Positions 1 through 11,194 are shown, numbered from the stretch's first letter. The stretch: 64,000 nt of DNA from Candidatus Spyradenecus sp. (GCA_045535075.1 JAZSKX010000017.1:32001-96000), one strand, 5' to 3'. Made by a program: numbers and translations. Notes: a model not told the origin generated them from the sequence alone.

Positions 1-2
1 TT

Positions 3-65
3 ACGGAGAATGCGTCTTCGGAAAACGTTATCCGCCGCCTTCTTGAGGTTCTCGACAAGCCTTAA
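3..65 (+). CDS. 3' end of an upstream gene (partial, product unknown)
   Basis: Open frame TENASSENVIRRLLEVLDKP* ends in TAA at 63-65, 39 nt before the next start. Confidence 0.35.
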   Translation, partial: TENASSENVIRRLLEVLDKP

Positions 66-104
66 GCTTTAAAAAAACTCGCGGCTGTGCTTTGATTAAG
101 CGCA

Positions 105-1361
105 ATGAAAACGGACTTTCAAAATAAAGCCGCGCGCGTTCCCGCAAAATTTAAGCCGGAACCGTTCGCCTACCATCAGGAACTGGAACTCGAAATCGCG
201 ACGCTGACCAACCTCGGCGAAGGCGTCGCGCGGCACGACGGCTGGGTCATTTTCGTTCCCGGCGCGCTTCCGGGCGAACGCATTCGCGCGCGCATCTGGC
301 ACAACGCGAAAAATTTTTCCCGCGCGGATTTGGTCGAAGTTCTCGTTCCCGCAAAGGAACGCGTCGAGCCGCTCTGCCCGCTTTTCGGCACCTGCGGCGG
401 TTGCCAGTATCAAAATTTTAATTACGAAGGACAACTCGCCTGGAAAACGCAGCAGGTTTCGGATTTGCTCGAACGCCTCGGGAAAATCTCGTTTCCCGTC
501 AATCCGTGCCGCGGCTCGCCGAAGCAATACGGCTACCGCTCAAAAATCACGCCGCACTTCGAACGTCCGCGCCAAGGCGAAACGAATTTTCCCATCGGCT
601 TCCTCGCCGCGGGAACGTCGCGCCGCATCGTCGATGTGCCCGCCTGCCCGATCGCGACCGACGCCGTCAACGCCGCGCTTCCGCGCCTGCGCGAGCAAAT
701 GCGTTCCCGCGCCGCACGCGGAGAATTTCGTCGCGGCGTAACGATGCTCATTCGGGAAACGCTCGAAGGAATCGCGACCGACCACAAAGCGCCCGTTTCC
801 GAGCGCGTCGGCGATTTGGTTTTAAAATTTGTTGCCGGAGATTTTTTCCAAAATAATCCGTTTATTCTTCCGGAATTTGTCGACTTCGGTGTTCGCGCCG
901 CGCGCGGGAACGGCGAGTGTAAATATCTTGTGGATACATATTGCGGGAGCGGGCTTTTCGCGCTTTCCGCCGCCAAGTATTTTGAAAAAGTGCTCGGCGT
1001 GGAAGTCAGCGAAGACGCCGTTGTCAAAGCGCGCGAGAACGCAAAATCCAACAGGCTGAGCAACTGCGAATTTACGGCGGGTTCCTCGGAAATTATTTTC
1101 GCGAAAGTACCGTTTTCGCCGGACGAAACCGCGCTCATCATCGACCCTCCGCGCAAAGGCTGCGACGAAGCGTTTATCTCGCAGCTGCTCGCGTTCGCGC
1201 CGCGCCGCGTCGTTTACGTTTCCTGCGGGCCGGACACACAGGCGCGCGACCTGCAGATGATTCTCGCAAGCGGGAAATACGCGCTTGAGGAAGTCCAGCC
1301 CTTCGACTTGTTCCCGCAAACGCGCCACATCGAAAATATCGCCGTTCTTGTGCGAAAATAA
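105..1361 (+). CDS. rlmD: 23S rRNA (uracil-C5)-methyltransferase, RlmD/TrmA family
   Basis: N-terminal TRAM-like segment, 4Fe-4S motif CPLFGTCGGC, SAM motif DTYCGSGLF, DPPRKG, catalytic YVSC, and DLFPQTRHIE. Confidence 0.9.
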   Translation: MKTDFQNKAARVPAKFKPEPFAYHQELELEIATLTNLGEGVARHDGWVIFVPGALPGERIRARIWHNAKNFSRADLVEVLVPAKERVEPLCPLFGTCGGCQYQNFNYEGQLAWKTQQVSDLLERLGKISFPVNPCRGSPKQYGYRSKITPHFERPRQGETNFPIGFLAAGTSRRIVDVPACPIATDAVNAALPRLREQMRSRAARGEFRRGVTMLIRETLEGIATDHKAPVSERVGDLVLKFVAGDFFQNNPFILPEFVDFGVRAARGNGECKYLVDTYCGSGLFALSAAKYFEKVLGVEVSEDAVVKARENAKSNRLSNCEFTAGSSEIIFAKVPFSPDETALIIDPPRKGCDEAFISQLLAFAPRRVVYVSCGPDTQARDLQMILASGKYALEEVQPFDLFPQTRHIENIAVLVRK

Positions 1362-1413
1362 CAAAAATCGTTCCCGCAAAATCAATCACGGGAACACATT
1401 CGAAATAGAAATT

Positions 1414-1495
1414 AACTCCGACTAAGCCGATTCCTGTACGGCTAACGCCTTACTCATTTTGAAGCGTTAGCGGGAAAATCGGCTTAATCGGAGTT
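1414..1495. repeat. 82-bp nested inverted repeat (long hairpin)
   Basis: Outer arms AACTCCGACTAAGCCGATT / AATCGGCTTAATCGGAGTT (18/19 complementary), with inner stem GCTAACGC / GCGTTAGC. Confidence 0.75.
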
Positions 1496-1737
1496 TTCCC
1501 GTCTCGGATTAATTTTTCCGCTTAAACAATAACTCTGCGGCATTGTTAATAATTTCCTCTTGGAAAAAATACATTTGCGGATTTATAAATTCGGAACTCG
1601 CCGTACGAGAAAGCGGCGAATTCGGATTGGGAGATTAAAAGAATCACTATTCGTTGCGGGAACGTGGGTTCCGGCCGGATTTTTGTCGTCTCATTTCCGG
1701 AAGATTTTCTCGGCAAAACAACAAACTTCCTTCTCTT

Positions 1738-4700
1738 ATGAACCACATTCTTTTTACCGGCTCAACATTTCTAATACTCACAACTACGGCCTTTAGCACC
1801 GATTCCGCAAGCGCCGTCCCTCCCGCACAAGCTTCCCAACAGGAAGCGCCGAAGCAAGCACTTCTGTTGGAAAATTCAAGCCGATCCGGGAACACGGTTT
1901 ATTTTCGTTTTTCCGATGCGGTAACTAAGGAAGACTTTGATAAAAGCCTCTCCGTCGAACCGGCGCTCAAAGTCGAAACCACGCAACAATACTCAAGCGG
2001 ATTTAGTGTTCACGCGGACTTTGAGCCGGGCGAAACCTACGCTATCCGCATTGCCCCGTCGCTTGCGGGAACGAAAACAAAATCGCTCGGCCAGGAAGCC
2101 GTTTTTACATTCATCGCGCCGAATCGCAGTACGGAAATCAATTTTCTGACGAACGGCAGACTCTTTCCGCTTTCCGCTCCGGATTTTTCGCTTCCCGTTC
2201 AAGCGTGCAACTCCGAAAAAATCGTTGTTACCGTCCGCCAAGCTTACGCGGATTCCGTCATTCCCTTCCTGTTTACGTCGGGAACCCGCAATTATTCGCA
2301 GGAAATTTTCTCCGGCGAAGCCCGCCCGAAAATGCGACCGAATCAACGCGAACGCTACGCGATTGATTTGGAGAAAATCGGAATTCCCCGAAAACCGGGC
2401 GTTTACGAAATCGAAGCGGAAGCCAAGCACGGGAACATGTATTATACCCCTTGGTCTTCCCGTATCGTCGTTGTCACGGATTTGGCGATTCAGGCGGTTC
2501 GCAACGGCGACGAACTTGCCGTTGCCGTTAAAACGATTTCGGAGAACACTGCCGTTCCCGCAAAAATCAGCATCTATTCCTCTAAAAACAGACTCATTGC
2601 AAAAGCACAATGCGATGCCGAAGGATTTGCCGAAATTGCAATTCCGCCGCTGAGCGACTCGGAGGATTCCGCCTGCTCGATTCTTGCCGAATACGGCGAA
2701 GACAAAAGCGTGCTGAGGCTCGACGACTTGTCTACTCAGCGCCAAAAATACGGATTCGAAAAACACGGCGCGAAAGCCCACGTTTTCCCCGAACGCGGAA
2801 TTTGCCGCCCCGGTGAAGAAATCAGCCTTTTCGCAAATCTGCGCAACGGCGAAGACAAACGGGCACAAGGAAACGTTCCCGCAGAATTCCACATTAAAGA
2901 CCCGAGCGGAAACAGCCTAACGCGAATTCCCGTCGTCGGCGACGAATTCGGTTTTTACAAAACGTCCGTCAAGATCCCAGATTTCGCGGCAACCGGCACA
3001 TACCACGCCGATTTGCGCATCCCCGGGCAGGAAGAAAGCACATTCGGGAGCACGCGCTTCTCCGTCGGCGAATACGTTCCCGACACGCTGGCAGTTTCGC
3101 TCAAAACGCAAAAAGACGGCATAGGCATTCGCGCGCGCGGGAACGCGGCGTATTATTTCGGCATGCCGCTCGACGGCGGGAAAATCCAAGTCAGTCTTTC
3201 TCTGAGCCACACACGCTTTGTCGCCAAAGATGAGGACTTGAAGGATTTTCTCTTCGGATTGCCCGGGAAGGAATTCGCCGACGGCATTTCGAAATCGGAT
3301 AAAAATCTCGTCTCCGATGCCCAAGGCAATTTTGAAACGTTTTTCGAGCTTCCGAGCTCCGTAAGCTACGCCGCCCCGATTCTTGCGAACGTAACCGCAA
3401 GCGCGGCATCAAGCGCCGGCGGGCGCAATGTCTCCGCAGGCGATTCGACGGAAATTCACACGGAAAAATTTTATCTCGGCACCCGAGAAAAATCGGTCGG
3501 CGAGAAGGAACGTGTTTTTGAAATCCGTACCGTCGCACCGGATTCTTCCAATATCTCCCTCGCGGGAACGCGGCTCAAAGCAACGCTCACCAGAAGCGAA
3601 TGGAATTACGTCGTGAGGGAAACCAACGGGCGCACAAGCTATAATTGGCAGGAAGAACACGTTCCCGTCGGAGAATTCGAGTTCGACGCCTCCGCGGAAA
3701 CCATCCGCGTTCCCGTGCCGAACGGCGGCAACTACACGCTGACGATTGCGCTCGCCGACGGAGAAAAAAACATTCTCCACAAGCGCGAATTTTGGCATTA
3801 CTACGGCGAAACGGGAAGCCGCTCCCGCAATACCGCACAGCTTTCTTTCCGGCTCGACAACAAAAAATACCTTCCCGGCGAAACCGCAAAAATTGCCTTC
3901 GATTCTCCGTTTTCCGGAAAGGCGGTTTTACTCATCGGTGAGAGCAGAATCGAAACGATGCAAGCGCTCGATGTTCGTGTCGGCGAAAACGTTTTCGAGA
4001 TTCCGATTCCCGCGGGAACGAACTCCGGAAGCCGGTTTTTCTCGGTAACGGCAAGCGGAAAAACGGAAGCCGGATCTCCGGACCTCATTCAACGCACCTT
4101 CGGAGTCGGTGTAATTCCCGTGAATCAGGACGCCCGGAAAATTTTTGTAAAAACCGATCTTCCCGGCATCATTCGCCCCGGCGAGAAAGCAAAAATTCGC
4201 GTCTCGCTTTCGGATGCCACGGGAAAACCCGTTGCCGGTAAAATCCAACTCTGGGCAGTTGATCGCGGCGTACTTGCACTAAGCGGATTCAAAACGCCGA
4301 ATACGTTTTCGTATTTTTTCGGTACATACGATTGCCCGTACGAATTCGGCGACAATTACACAAATTTCTACCCCTTACTTTCGCTCGACAAAAGACTCTT
4401 CGGCGGCGGAGCGGGAACGAATCGAAGCAAATTCCTCGACGCGACAGATCAATCCGAAAAAAGCGCGGTCGTTGTCCTCGAGACACTAAACGTTCCCGCA
4501 AGCGGCGAAGCAACGGCGGAGATTACACCGCCGGATTTTGACGGCGGGATGCGCCTCATGGCATTTGCGCTCAACGAAGAAAAAGTCGGCTCGGGAGAAA
4601 TCGATTTCATCGTTCGCGAACCGGTTTCGATACAACTTACCGCCCCGCGCGCCATCGCGCCGGGCGATGAATTCGAGCTCGTTGCCGAAATTTTCAACAC

Positions 4701-6408
4701 CGATTTACCGAAACAAAATTTCTCATGGGAATTAATTTACGACGGGAAACAAGTTGCCTCCGGCGGCGGGATTTCGTTGAACCGGAACGAAAAATACGCA
4801 TTGCGGAAACGCCTGACGGCGGAAAGCGACTGCGCCGCCCAAACCGCCGAATTGCTCGTTCGCGACGAAAGCGGAAATCTCTGCTCCCGCGAAGACGTCT
4901 GCGTTTCCGTACGCTCCCCGTTCCCGCAACGCGACAATGTCGTGATTTCGGAACTCGCGCCGGGAAGCGAAGCTCATTTTGAAAACGCCAATCCGGCAGG
5001 CGAAGTCTCGCTCGGTTCTCCCGCACTCACAATCGCCGGCGCGCTCCAATGGCTTGAGAATTATCCTTACGGATGTCTCGAACAGGTTTCGGCAGCGACG
5101 TTCCCGCTTCTTGCCGCAAGATCCCTCGCGGAAAACGGTGCCATTCCCGCCGCGTTCGCGGAAAGCGCCGCGACAAAAATTCGGGCCGGGCTCGCCCAAA
5201 TCGCAACAATGCGTTGCTACGACGGCGCATACGCGATGTGGCCTGACGGACGCACAGTTTGGGAAGCCGGCTCGCTGTTCGCATGGCACCTTGAATTGGA
5301 AGCCGATGCCTCCGGATTTCCGCTTTCGGAAAAACGGCAAAACGAAATTCGGGGAAACCTCATGCGATTCGCAGATTCCGCTAAAAAGCCGATCGCACAA
5401 CGCGCCTACGCGATCTACCTACTCGCCCTTACCGGAGAGCCCAAAGCGGCTGCTTTTGCAAAGTTGTTTTTATTCGGGAAAAAAGGCGACGACTTCTCAC
5501 GATTCCTCGTCGCAGCCGCGTTAGTAGAATCCGGATATGCTGCAGAAGGAATGAAAAACCTGCTCCCGCTACTTGAAAAAGATTTTTGGTCCGAGGAAAA
5601 ATCTCATTGGGATTCGTGCTTGGATTCTCCCATCCGCCGTGCGGGATTTGCCCTTCACATCCTCTCAAAAATCGCTCCGGACGCTCCCGCGAACAAAATG
5701 ATTGCACATTATCTTTGCAAAAAAATCCGCGACGACGGGCATTGGGGATCGACCCAAAAGAACGCGTGGGCAAGCTTCGGTCTCGCCGCCTATTTCGGGA
5801 AAAGCGCAGCCGGAGCGGAACGCGGAATCCTTAAAATTGACGGAGTCGAAACCGAGCTCAAAGGCTCAATGCGTATTCCCGGCGGAAAGCGCGTCAGCCT
5901 GAAAAATATCGGAGAACGCCCGATTCTTTGCTTTGTGCGTTCCCGCGAAAAAGCAAAATCATTTGAGCCGATCGCAAACGGGTTTGAAATCTCGCGAAGC
6001 TATCTCGATGCGACGGGAACGCCCGTAACGTCATGCAAGACCGGAGATTTACTGACCGTAAAAATTCGCGTCCGCGCAACAGAAACCGTCCCCAGCTCCG
6101 TCATTTGCGACCTGCTCCCCGGCGGACTTGAAATCGAAGACGAAACACTGCTGACGCGTGTTCGCTCAAACAATTCAATTCCGACCCAAGCTGCCGGATT
6201 CTTCGAACTCATGCGGGAACGCCGTTTCGATCGCTTCCTCGCGTTCGGAACCTTTTACCCGGGCGACAACTGGCATGAACTGACTTATCGCGTTCGAGCC
6301 ACGGCGCGCGGAAAATTCGTTATTCCTCCGATTCAAATCGAATCCATGTACGAAGGCGAAAAACGCGCAACATGGATGCCGGAAAATACAATTTTCGAAG
6401 TCCAATAA
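1738..6408 (+). CDS. Bacterial alpha-2-macroglobulin (YfhM family)
   Basis: Thioester motif YPYGCLEQ, MG-domain motifs (ERGICRPGE, LWAVDRGVL, DLLPGGLEIE, IESMY) and adjacency to pbpC. ATG at 1738 preferred over TTG at 1654. Confidence 0.92.
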   Translation: MNHILFTGSTFLILTTTAFSTDSASAVPPAQASQQEAPKQALLLENSSRSGNTVYFRFSDAVTKEDFDKSLSVEPALKVETTQQYSSGFSVHADFEPGETYAIRIAPSLAGTKTKSLGQEAVFTFIAPNRSTEINFLTNGRLFPLSAPDFSLPVQACNSEKIVVTVRQAYADSVIPFLFTSGTRNYSQEIFSGEARPKMRPNQRERYAIDLEKIGIPRKPGVYEIEAEAKHGNMYYTPWSSRIVVVTDLAIQAVRNGDELAVAVKTISENTAVPAKISIYSSKNRLIAKAQCDAEGFAEIAIPPLSDSEDSACSILAEYGEDKSVLRLDDLSTQRQKYGFEKHGAKAHVFPERGICRPGEEISLFANLRNGEDKRAQGNVPAEFHIKDPSGNSLTRIPVVGDEFGFYKTSVKIPDFAATGTYHADLRIPGQEESTFGSTRFSVGEYVPDTLAVSLKTQKDGIGIRARGNAAYYFGMPLDGGKIQVSLSLSHTRFVAKDEDLKDFLFGLPGKEFADGISKSDKNLVSDAQGNFETFFELPSSVSYAAPILANVTASAASSAGGRNVSAGDSTEIHTEKFYLGTREKSVGEKERVFEIRTVAPDSSNISLAGTRLKATLTRSEWNYVVRETNGRTSYNWQEEHVPVGEFEFDASAETIRVPVPNGGNYTLTIALADGEKNILHKREFWHYYGETGSRSRNTAQLSFRLDNKKYLPGETAKIAFDSPFSGKAVLLIGESRIETMQALDVRVGENVFEIPIPAGTNSGSRFFSVTASGKTEAGSPDLIQRTFGVGVIPVNQDARKIFVKTDLPGIIRPGEKAKIRVSLSDATGKPVAGKIQLWAVDRGVLALSGFKTPNTFSYFFGTYDCPYEFGDNYTNFYPLLSLDKRLFGGGAGTNRSKFLDATDQSEKSAVVVLETLNVPASGEATAEITPPDFDGGMRLMAFALNEEKVGSGEIDFIVREPVSIQLTAPRAIAPGDEFELVAEIFNTDLPKQNFSWELIYDGKQVASGGGISLNRNEKYALRKRLTAESDCAAQTAELLVRDESGNLCSREDVCVSVRSPFPQRDNVVISELAPGSEAHFENANPAGEVSLGSPALTIAGALQWLENYPYGCLEQVSAATFPLLAARSLAENGAIPAAFAESAATKIRAGLAQIATMRCYDGAYAMWPDGRTVWEAGSLFAWHLELEADASGFPLSEKRQNEIRGNLMRFADSAKKPIAQRAYAIYLLALTGEPKAAAFAKLFLFGKKGDDFSRFLVAAALVESGYAAEGMKNLLPLLEKDFWSEEKSHWDSCLDSPIRRAGFALHILSKIAPDAPANKMIAHYLCKKIRDDGHWGSTQKNAWASFGLAAYFGKSAAGAERGILKIDGVETELKGSMRIPGGKRVSLKNIGERPILCFVRSREKAKSFEPIANGFEISRSYLDATGTPVTSCKTGDLLTVKIRVRATETVPSSVICDLLPGGLEIEDETLLTRVRSNNSIPTQAAGFFELMRERRFDRFLAFGTFYPGDNWHELTYRVRATARGKFVIPPIQIESMYEGEKRATWMPENTIFEVQ

Positions 6409-6415
6409 ATCGAAA

Positions 6416-8572
6416 ATGCATCATCGTTTTTCGATGAGATTTTCCGGGAAATTCCTGCGAAACATCGTAATGCTTGGCGGCATTGCGATGTTTTTTGCAG
6501 GCGCATTTTGGCACTGGGCGTTCCCGCATCTTTTCGTTTTTGATGAAAAACAACTCAACGCGCAAATCCCCGCAACGATTTTTACCGATTCCCGCGAGAA
6601 CGCCGTTCATACCGAAGCCGGAAGCGATTACGCACTACGTTTCCCCGTAAGCTTGGGAGATCTTCCGAAGCATTTAATCGATGTCACGCTTGCCGCTGAG
6701 GACAGGCGCTTCTTCGAACACGACGGCGTGGACTTGTGCGCCGTCGCTCGAGCGGGAGCGCAACTGCTTACAAGCGGGCGTATCATTTCCGGTGCGTCAA
6801 CTGTAACGATGCAATTAGTTGCTCTCGGCGACGAACGACGGGAACGTTCTTTCCTGCGGAAAATTGTTCAAATGGGCAAAGCGCGAAATTTGGAACTGCG
6901 TCGGAGCAAAGAAGAAATTCTCGAAGAATATTTTAACCGACTCCCCTACGGCGGAAAAATTTACGGAATCGAAGCCGCCGCCAACTACTATTTCGGGCGT
7001 TCGGCACGAGAACTCAATCTCGGCGAATCCGTCCTGCTCGCAGGAATTCCGCAACGGCCGAACCGATTCCGCCCCGATCGCTTTCCCGAAGCCTCTCTTG
7101 CGCGACGGGAACGCGTCCTTCAAATGCTCATCAATCAAGGCATTTTCACAAAAGAAAAAGCGGACGCTATTCGACACGAGCCGCTGAGATTTCGGGATTT
7201 TGAACAGCCCGCGTTCCCGCGCGCCGAAGATCCGCAATTTTTTCTTTGGGCGAGAAGTAAACATCCCGAAATCCGAGGAAAATTCACGACAACCCTGGAT
7301 ATGACAACACAGAAAATTGTCAAATCGGTTGTTGCAGCTCAATTAAGGGAACTTTTTTCCGTCCGCGACGGAGCCGTAATTGTTATTGAAAACAAATTAC
7401 ATGCCATCCGTGCATTTCTGGGAACAACGGATTTTTATAATCCGCGGGACGGACAAGTTAATGCCGCGACTTCCCGGCGATCACCGGGTTCTTTGCTCAA
7501 GCCGTTTATCTTCGGCGAGGCTGTCAACGGCGGACTGATTGTTTCGGAAACACTCATGGACGACTCGCCGATTTCCGTCGGAGAATATCGCCCGGAAAAT
7601 TTTTCGGGAAAATTTCTCGGAAAAGTTCCGGCAGAAATCGCATTGTCAAAATCTCTGAACGTTCCCGCAGTGCGCTTACTCGAAGAACTCGGTGTCGAGC
7701 GCAACATCGAAATGCTTAAACAGTTCGGAATTCATTTTTCCGAAGGCAAAACTGCCGAAAGCATCGGACTTTCGTTGGCGCTCGGCGGTGCGGAAACAAC
7801 GCTTCTCCAACTTGCCGAAGCCTACTCTGCGCTTGCAAACGATAGCGTTCCCGCAAAGCTTCAATGCCTAAAAAAAGAGAATCCGCCGGAAAGCGAAAAA
7901 GCGATTTGGAATCCGGGAAGCGCCGAAATGGTTTTGCAAATGCTTCGCCTGAGCCCGCTTCCGGAAGCGGAAAATTTGGAAGTCGCATGGAAAACGGGAA
8001 CGTCCAACGGTTTGCGCGACGCATGGTGCATCGCCGTTACGCGCGAATGGACGGTTGCCGTCTGGTTCGGGAATAAGGACGGTTCTCCCGCGCCCGAACT
8101 TGTCGGTGCCGAAGTCGCCGCGCCCGTCGCCGGACGAATCATAAACGCACTCTACCGCGGAAAAATTCCTGATAATTCCGGGCGCGGTCTGCATTTCCGC
8201 TCCGCTCTTCTGTGCGCCGAAAGCGGCTTGGCGGCGAGTTCGTTCTGCTCCAAAACGTTCCCGGCAAAAGCAGTCGTAGGCATTCCGCTGAAAACGTGCC
8301 GCCGATGCAAAAGCCTCGCTCCGAAAAGTCTTTTCTTGCAGGAAACTCGAATTGTTCAACCCGTCAGCGGAACTTACCGTCGAGGCTTCAACGGAAAAGC
8401 ACGCTTTATTCTTAAAAGCATTCCCCCAAAATCGCACTGGTATTTAAACAGTAATTACATCGGCTTTCTCAACTCGGGAACGCCCTTGGAAATTCCGCCC
8501 GGGAAACACCGACTCTTCGCGTGGGGAGGCGAGAAATATTCCGCCGCCAAACTCGAAATCGAAGTGAAATAA
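6416..8572 (+). CDS. pbpC: Penicillin-binding protein 1C
   Basis: Transglycosylase motifs EDRRFFEHDGVD and GASTVTMQ; transpeptidase motifs SLLK, SLN and KTGT; directly downstream of the macroglobulin gene. Confidence 0.9.
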   Translation: MHHRFSMRFSGKFLRNIVMLGGIAMFFAGAFWHWAFPHLFVFDEKQLNAQIPATIFTDSRENAVHTEAGSDYALRFPVSLGDLPKHLIDVTLAAEDRRFFEHDGVDLCAVARAGAQLLTSGRIISGASTVTMQLVALGDERRERSFLRKIVQMGKARNLELRRSKEEILEEYFNRLPYGGKIYGIEAAANYYFGRSARELNLGESVLLAGIPQRPNRFRPDRFPEASLARRERVLQMLINQGIFTKEKADAIRHEPLRFRDFEQPAFPRAEDPQFFLWARSKHPEIRGKFTTTLDMTTQKIVKSVVAAQLRELFSVRDGAVIVIENKLHAIRAFLGTTDFYNPRDGQVNAATSRRSPGSLLKPFIFGEAVNGGLIVSETLMDDSPISVGEYRPENFSGKFLGKVPAEIALSKSLNVPAVRLLEELGVERNIEMLKQFGIHFSEGKTAESIGLSLALGGAETTLLQLAEAYSALANDSVPAKLQCLKKENPPESEKAIWNPGSAEMVLQMLRLSPLPEAENLEVAWKTGTSNGLRDAWCIAVTREWTVAVWFGNKDGSPAPELVGAEVAAPVAGRIINALYRGKIPDNSGRGLHFRSALLCAESGLAASSFCSKTFPAKAVVGIPLKTCRRCKSLAPKSLFLQETRIVQPVSGTYRRGFNGKARFILKSIPPKSHWYLNSNYIGFLNSGTPLEIPPGKHRLFAWGGEKYSAAKLEIEVK

Positions 8573-8610
8573 AAAAAAGAGCCGACTCATCTTACGTGAA
8601 TCGGCTCTTT
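8571..8610. terminator. Probable bidirectional intrinsic terminator between convergent pbpC and phoU
   Basis: Stem AAAGAGCCGA...TCGGCTCTTT with a flanking A tract. Confidence 0.7.
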
Positions 8611-8629
8611 CGTTCCCTTATAAAAACCT

Positions 8630-9292
8630 TTATCCGGCGTTCCCGTGGCGGACGATGGTGCCGCATTCGAGATAAATGACGTCTTCGCAGATATTGGTTG
8701 CGACGTCGCCGATGCGCTCCAGATTTTTCGAAATCGTCATGCACGAAAGATAATACGCGGCACGGGCGGGGTCGCTCGCAATGTCTGTTTGAATTTGCCT
8801 GATGTTAGCGGCGTGGAGCGCATCCACTTCGTCGTCGCGGCGGATCACGGCGCGCGCGGCGTCGGGATCGCGATACGCAAACGCATCAAGCGCGTCTTTG
8901 AGCATCGCGGTCGCAACGTTTGCCATCTTCGTAAAATCAATGCGCTTTTCCGCGGGAACGCCGCTTTCGGCGACGGATTTTGTGCGCTCTGCGATATTGA
9001 CCGCCATGTCGGCGACGCGCTCAATTTCCGAATTAATTTTCAAAACGGTTACAATCGTGCGCAGATCCGAGGCAACCGGCTGGTAAAGCGCAAGAATTTT
9101 CAAACAATCTTCTTCTATGCGGATTTCCTCGCAATCGATCGCGTAATCGTTTTCCGCGACCTGCGCGGCGAGCGCGGCATCAAAGGTTGCAATCGCCTGC
9201 AAAGCTTTTCCCAAAGCCGCTTCCGCCTCCGTCGCCTGTCGCGCCAAATGCCGCTTCAGCTGTGATATTTCTTGCGTAAAATGTTCTTTCAT
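8630..9292 (-). CDS. phoU: Phosphate signalling protein PhoU
   Basis: YQPVASDLR, ERVADMAVNIAE and LERIGDVATNICE motifs; follows pstB. Confidence 0.95.
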   Translation of the reverse strand: MKEHFTQEISQLKRHLARQATEAEAALGKALQAIATFDAALAAQVAENDYAIDCEEIRIEEDCLKILALYQPVASDLRTIVTVLKINSEIERVADMAVNIAERTKSVAESGVPAEKRIDFTKMANVATAMLKDALDAFAYRDPDAARAVIRRDDEVDALHAANIRQIQTDIASDPARAAYYLSCMTISKNLERIGDVATNICEDVIYLECGTIVRHGNAG

Positions 9293-9350
9293 CGTCTAAC
9301 TTTCTCTTTAATTTTTTTACGGACAATCGATAGTTTTGACAGCAAATCCA

Positions 9351-9385
9351 CCTATCACCTATCAGTTATTCCCTATCAACCATCT
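9351..9385. repeat. Heptamer tandem repeat, single arm (CCTATCA type), at the pstB-phoU junction
   Basis: CCTATCA CCTATCA GTTATTC CCTATCA ACCATCT; same unit family as the arm at 16849-16877. Confidence 0.6.
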
Positions 9386-10145
9386 ACCCGAATCGTCCCG
9401 TGATGTATTCTTCGGTCTTCTTACTTTTCGGATTGGAAAACAGAGTTCTCGTATCGGAAAATTCCACGATTTTCCCCTTGTAAAAAAACGCCGTGTCGTC
9501 GCTGACGCGTGCCGCCTGTTGCATGTTGTGCGTAACAATAACAATCGTAAAACGCTCTTTTAATTCGAGAAGCAGCTCTTCAATTTTCAGCGTCGCAACG
9601 GGATCGATGGCGCTCGTCGGCTCGTCCATGAGCAGCACTTCCGGCTCCGCCGCAATTGCACGCGCAATGCAAAGGCGTTGCTGTTGTCCGCCGGAAAGCG
9701 CAAGCCCGCTTGCCGAAAGCTTGTCTTTAACTTCGTCCCAAAGCGACGCGCCGCGCAAGGCGCGCTCAACATCGTCCTCAATTTCGCTTCGCGTCTTTTT
9801 AAAATGCAGTCGCAAAGGATAGGCGACATTGTCGAAAACGGACATCGGGAACGGCGTCGGCTTTTGAAAAATCATTCCGACCTTGCGGCGCAACTCCAAG
9901 ACATCGACGCTTTTATCGAGAATATTTACGCCGTCGAGCAGAATTTCGCCCTCGCAACGCTGTTCCCGGTAAAGCTCGAAAATCCGGTTGTAAGTCCGCA
10001 AGTGCGTGGATTTCCCGCAACCGGACGGACCGATGACCGCAGTGATGCGGTTCGCTCCGATATCCAAACTGTTTTCAAAAAGCGCCTGATGATTTCCGTA
10101 GAAAAAATTCAGATTCTTTGCGGAGATTTTCGGTATCGTATTCAT
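9384..10145 (-). CDS. pstB: Phosphate ABC transporter ATPase
   Basis: [33 protein letters not shown] and terminal YITGRFG. Confidence 0.97.
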   Translation of the reverse strand: MNTIPKISAKNLNFFYGNHQALFENSLDIGANRITAVIGPSGCGKSTHLRTYNRIFELYREQRCEGEILLDGVNILDKSVDVLELRRKVGMIFQKPTPFPMSVFDNVAYPLRLHFKKTRSEIEDDVERALRGASLWDEVKDKLSASGLALSGGQQQRLCIARAIAAEPEVLLMDEPTSAIDPVATLKIEELLLELKERFTIVIVTHNMQQAARVSDDTAFFYKGKIVEFSDTRTLFSNPKSKKTEEYITGRFG

Positions 10146-10182
10146 TTTATCATTACAATTTTTTTGTTTTCTGAATTTTAAT

Positions 10183-11064
10183 TTAGCGTTCCCGCGCGCG
10201 TTCCCGGAAAGCGATGCGCGTGAAAATATTCACGGCAAGAATGGCAAGCATAATGACGAGTGCCGCGCCCCAGCCCGCCGTGTGCATTTCTTCGAACGGT
10301 GAATTTGTCGCGTATTCCGTGATCAAAACCGGCATATTTGCCGTCGGCTCGGAGAAAAATCTGTCCGGCCAGGCGTCGGCAAACATCGCGGTAAAAAGCA
10401 GCGGAGCGGTTTCGCCGGAAACGCGCGCGAGCGAAAGCAAAATTCCCGTGAGCAAACCGTTTTTTGCCGCGCGGCAAACAATGCAAAGCGTCGTTCGCGC
10501 ACGCGACATGCCGAGCGCGAGCCCGCTTTCGCGCAACGCGTCCGGCACCATCGCAAGCATATCTTCCGTCGTCCGCATAATCAGCGGGAACATGATAATC
10601 GCCAGCGCGACCGCTCCCGCGAATCCGGAAAAATGTCCCGTCGTTACCACAAGAATCGTGTAAACGAAAAGCCCGACGATGATCGACGGCAGGCCCATCA
10701 TGACGTTTGCGCTGAAACGCAACATCGCGCCGAGCTTGCTCTTTCGCCCGAATTCCGAAAGATAAATTCCGGCGGCAACGGCGAGCGGGACCGCGAGCGC
10801 AGCGGCGCAGAGCGTGATGAAAAGCGTTCCGAGCAAAGCGTTGGCAATGCCGGAATCGGAAACGCCGTAGGGCTTGGACGGATTGGTCAAAAAAACCCAG
10901 TCAATCGCGGGAACGCCGCGCGAGACCACCATGAAAAGAATCCACGCCATCGCAGCGACTGCAAGCGCAACCGCGAAAACGGAAAACACGCGGACTCCGA
11001 AATCCGCCGTTTTGCGGAAAAACAATGGTCTGCGACGAACAGTGTTAAGCGGAATCGTATTCAT
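10183..11064 (-). CDS. pstA: Phosphate ABC transporter permease
   Basis: [17 protein letters not shown] and [13 protein letters not shown]; operon position. Confidence 0.93.
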   Translation of the reverse strand: MNTIPLNTVRRRPLFFRKTADFGVRVFSVFAVALAVAAMAWILFMVVSRGVPAIDWVFLTNPSKPYGVSDSGIANALLGTLFITLCAAALAVPLAVAAGIYLSEFGRKSKLGAMLRFSANVMMGLPSIIVGLFVYTILVVTTGHFSGFAGAVALAIIMFPLIMRTTEDMLAMVPDALRESGLALGMSRARTTLCIVCRAAKNGLLTGILLSLARVSGETAPLLFTAMFADAWPDRFFSEPTANMPVLITEYATNSPFEEMHTAGWGAALVIMLAILAVNIFTRIAFRERARER

Positions 11065-11087
11065 AAAATTTATTTGTTTTGATGAGA

Positions 11088-11178
11088 GATGAGAGCTCAG
11101 GGCTTAGAGGTAAGTGCGTTTTGCCAAGGGCAAAAAAGGTTTTTAAAATGCTTCTTCCGGAAATACCTCTCATCTCTA
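11088..11178. repeat. ~90-bp dispersed palindromic element, copy 1
   Basis: Aligns end to end with 15812-15902. Heptamer arms GATGAGA/GCTTAGA...TCTCATC and an inner TTTGCC-N3-GGCAAA hairpin. Confidence 0.8.
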
Positions 11179-11194
11179 AAATTTCACCTTTAAT

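Noticed and set aside
136..1375. GGGAACG motif as a Chi or KOPS site
   Set aside because: It occurs in both orientations over short distances and as inverted pairs, whereas Chi and KOPS are strand-polarised. A genome-wide skew test is still needed.
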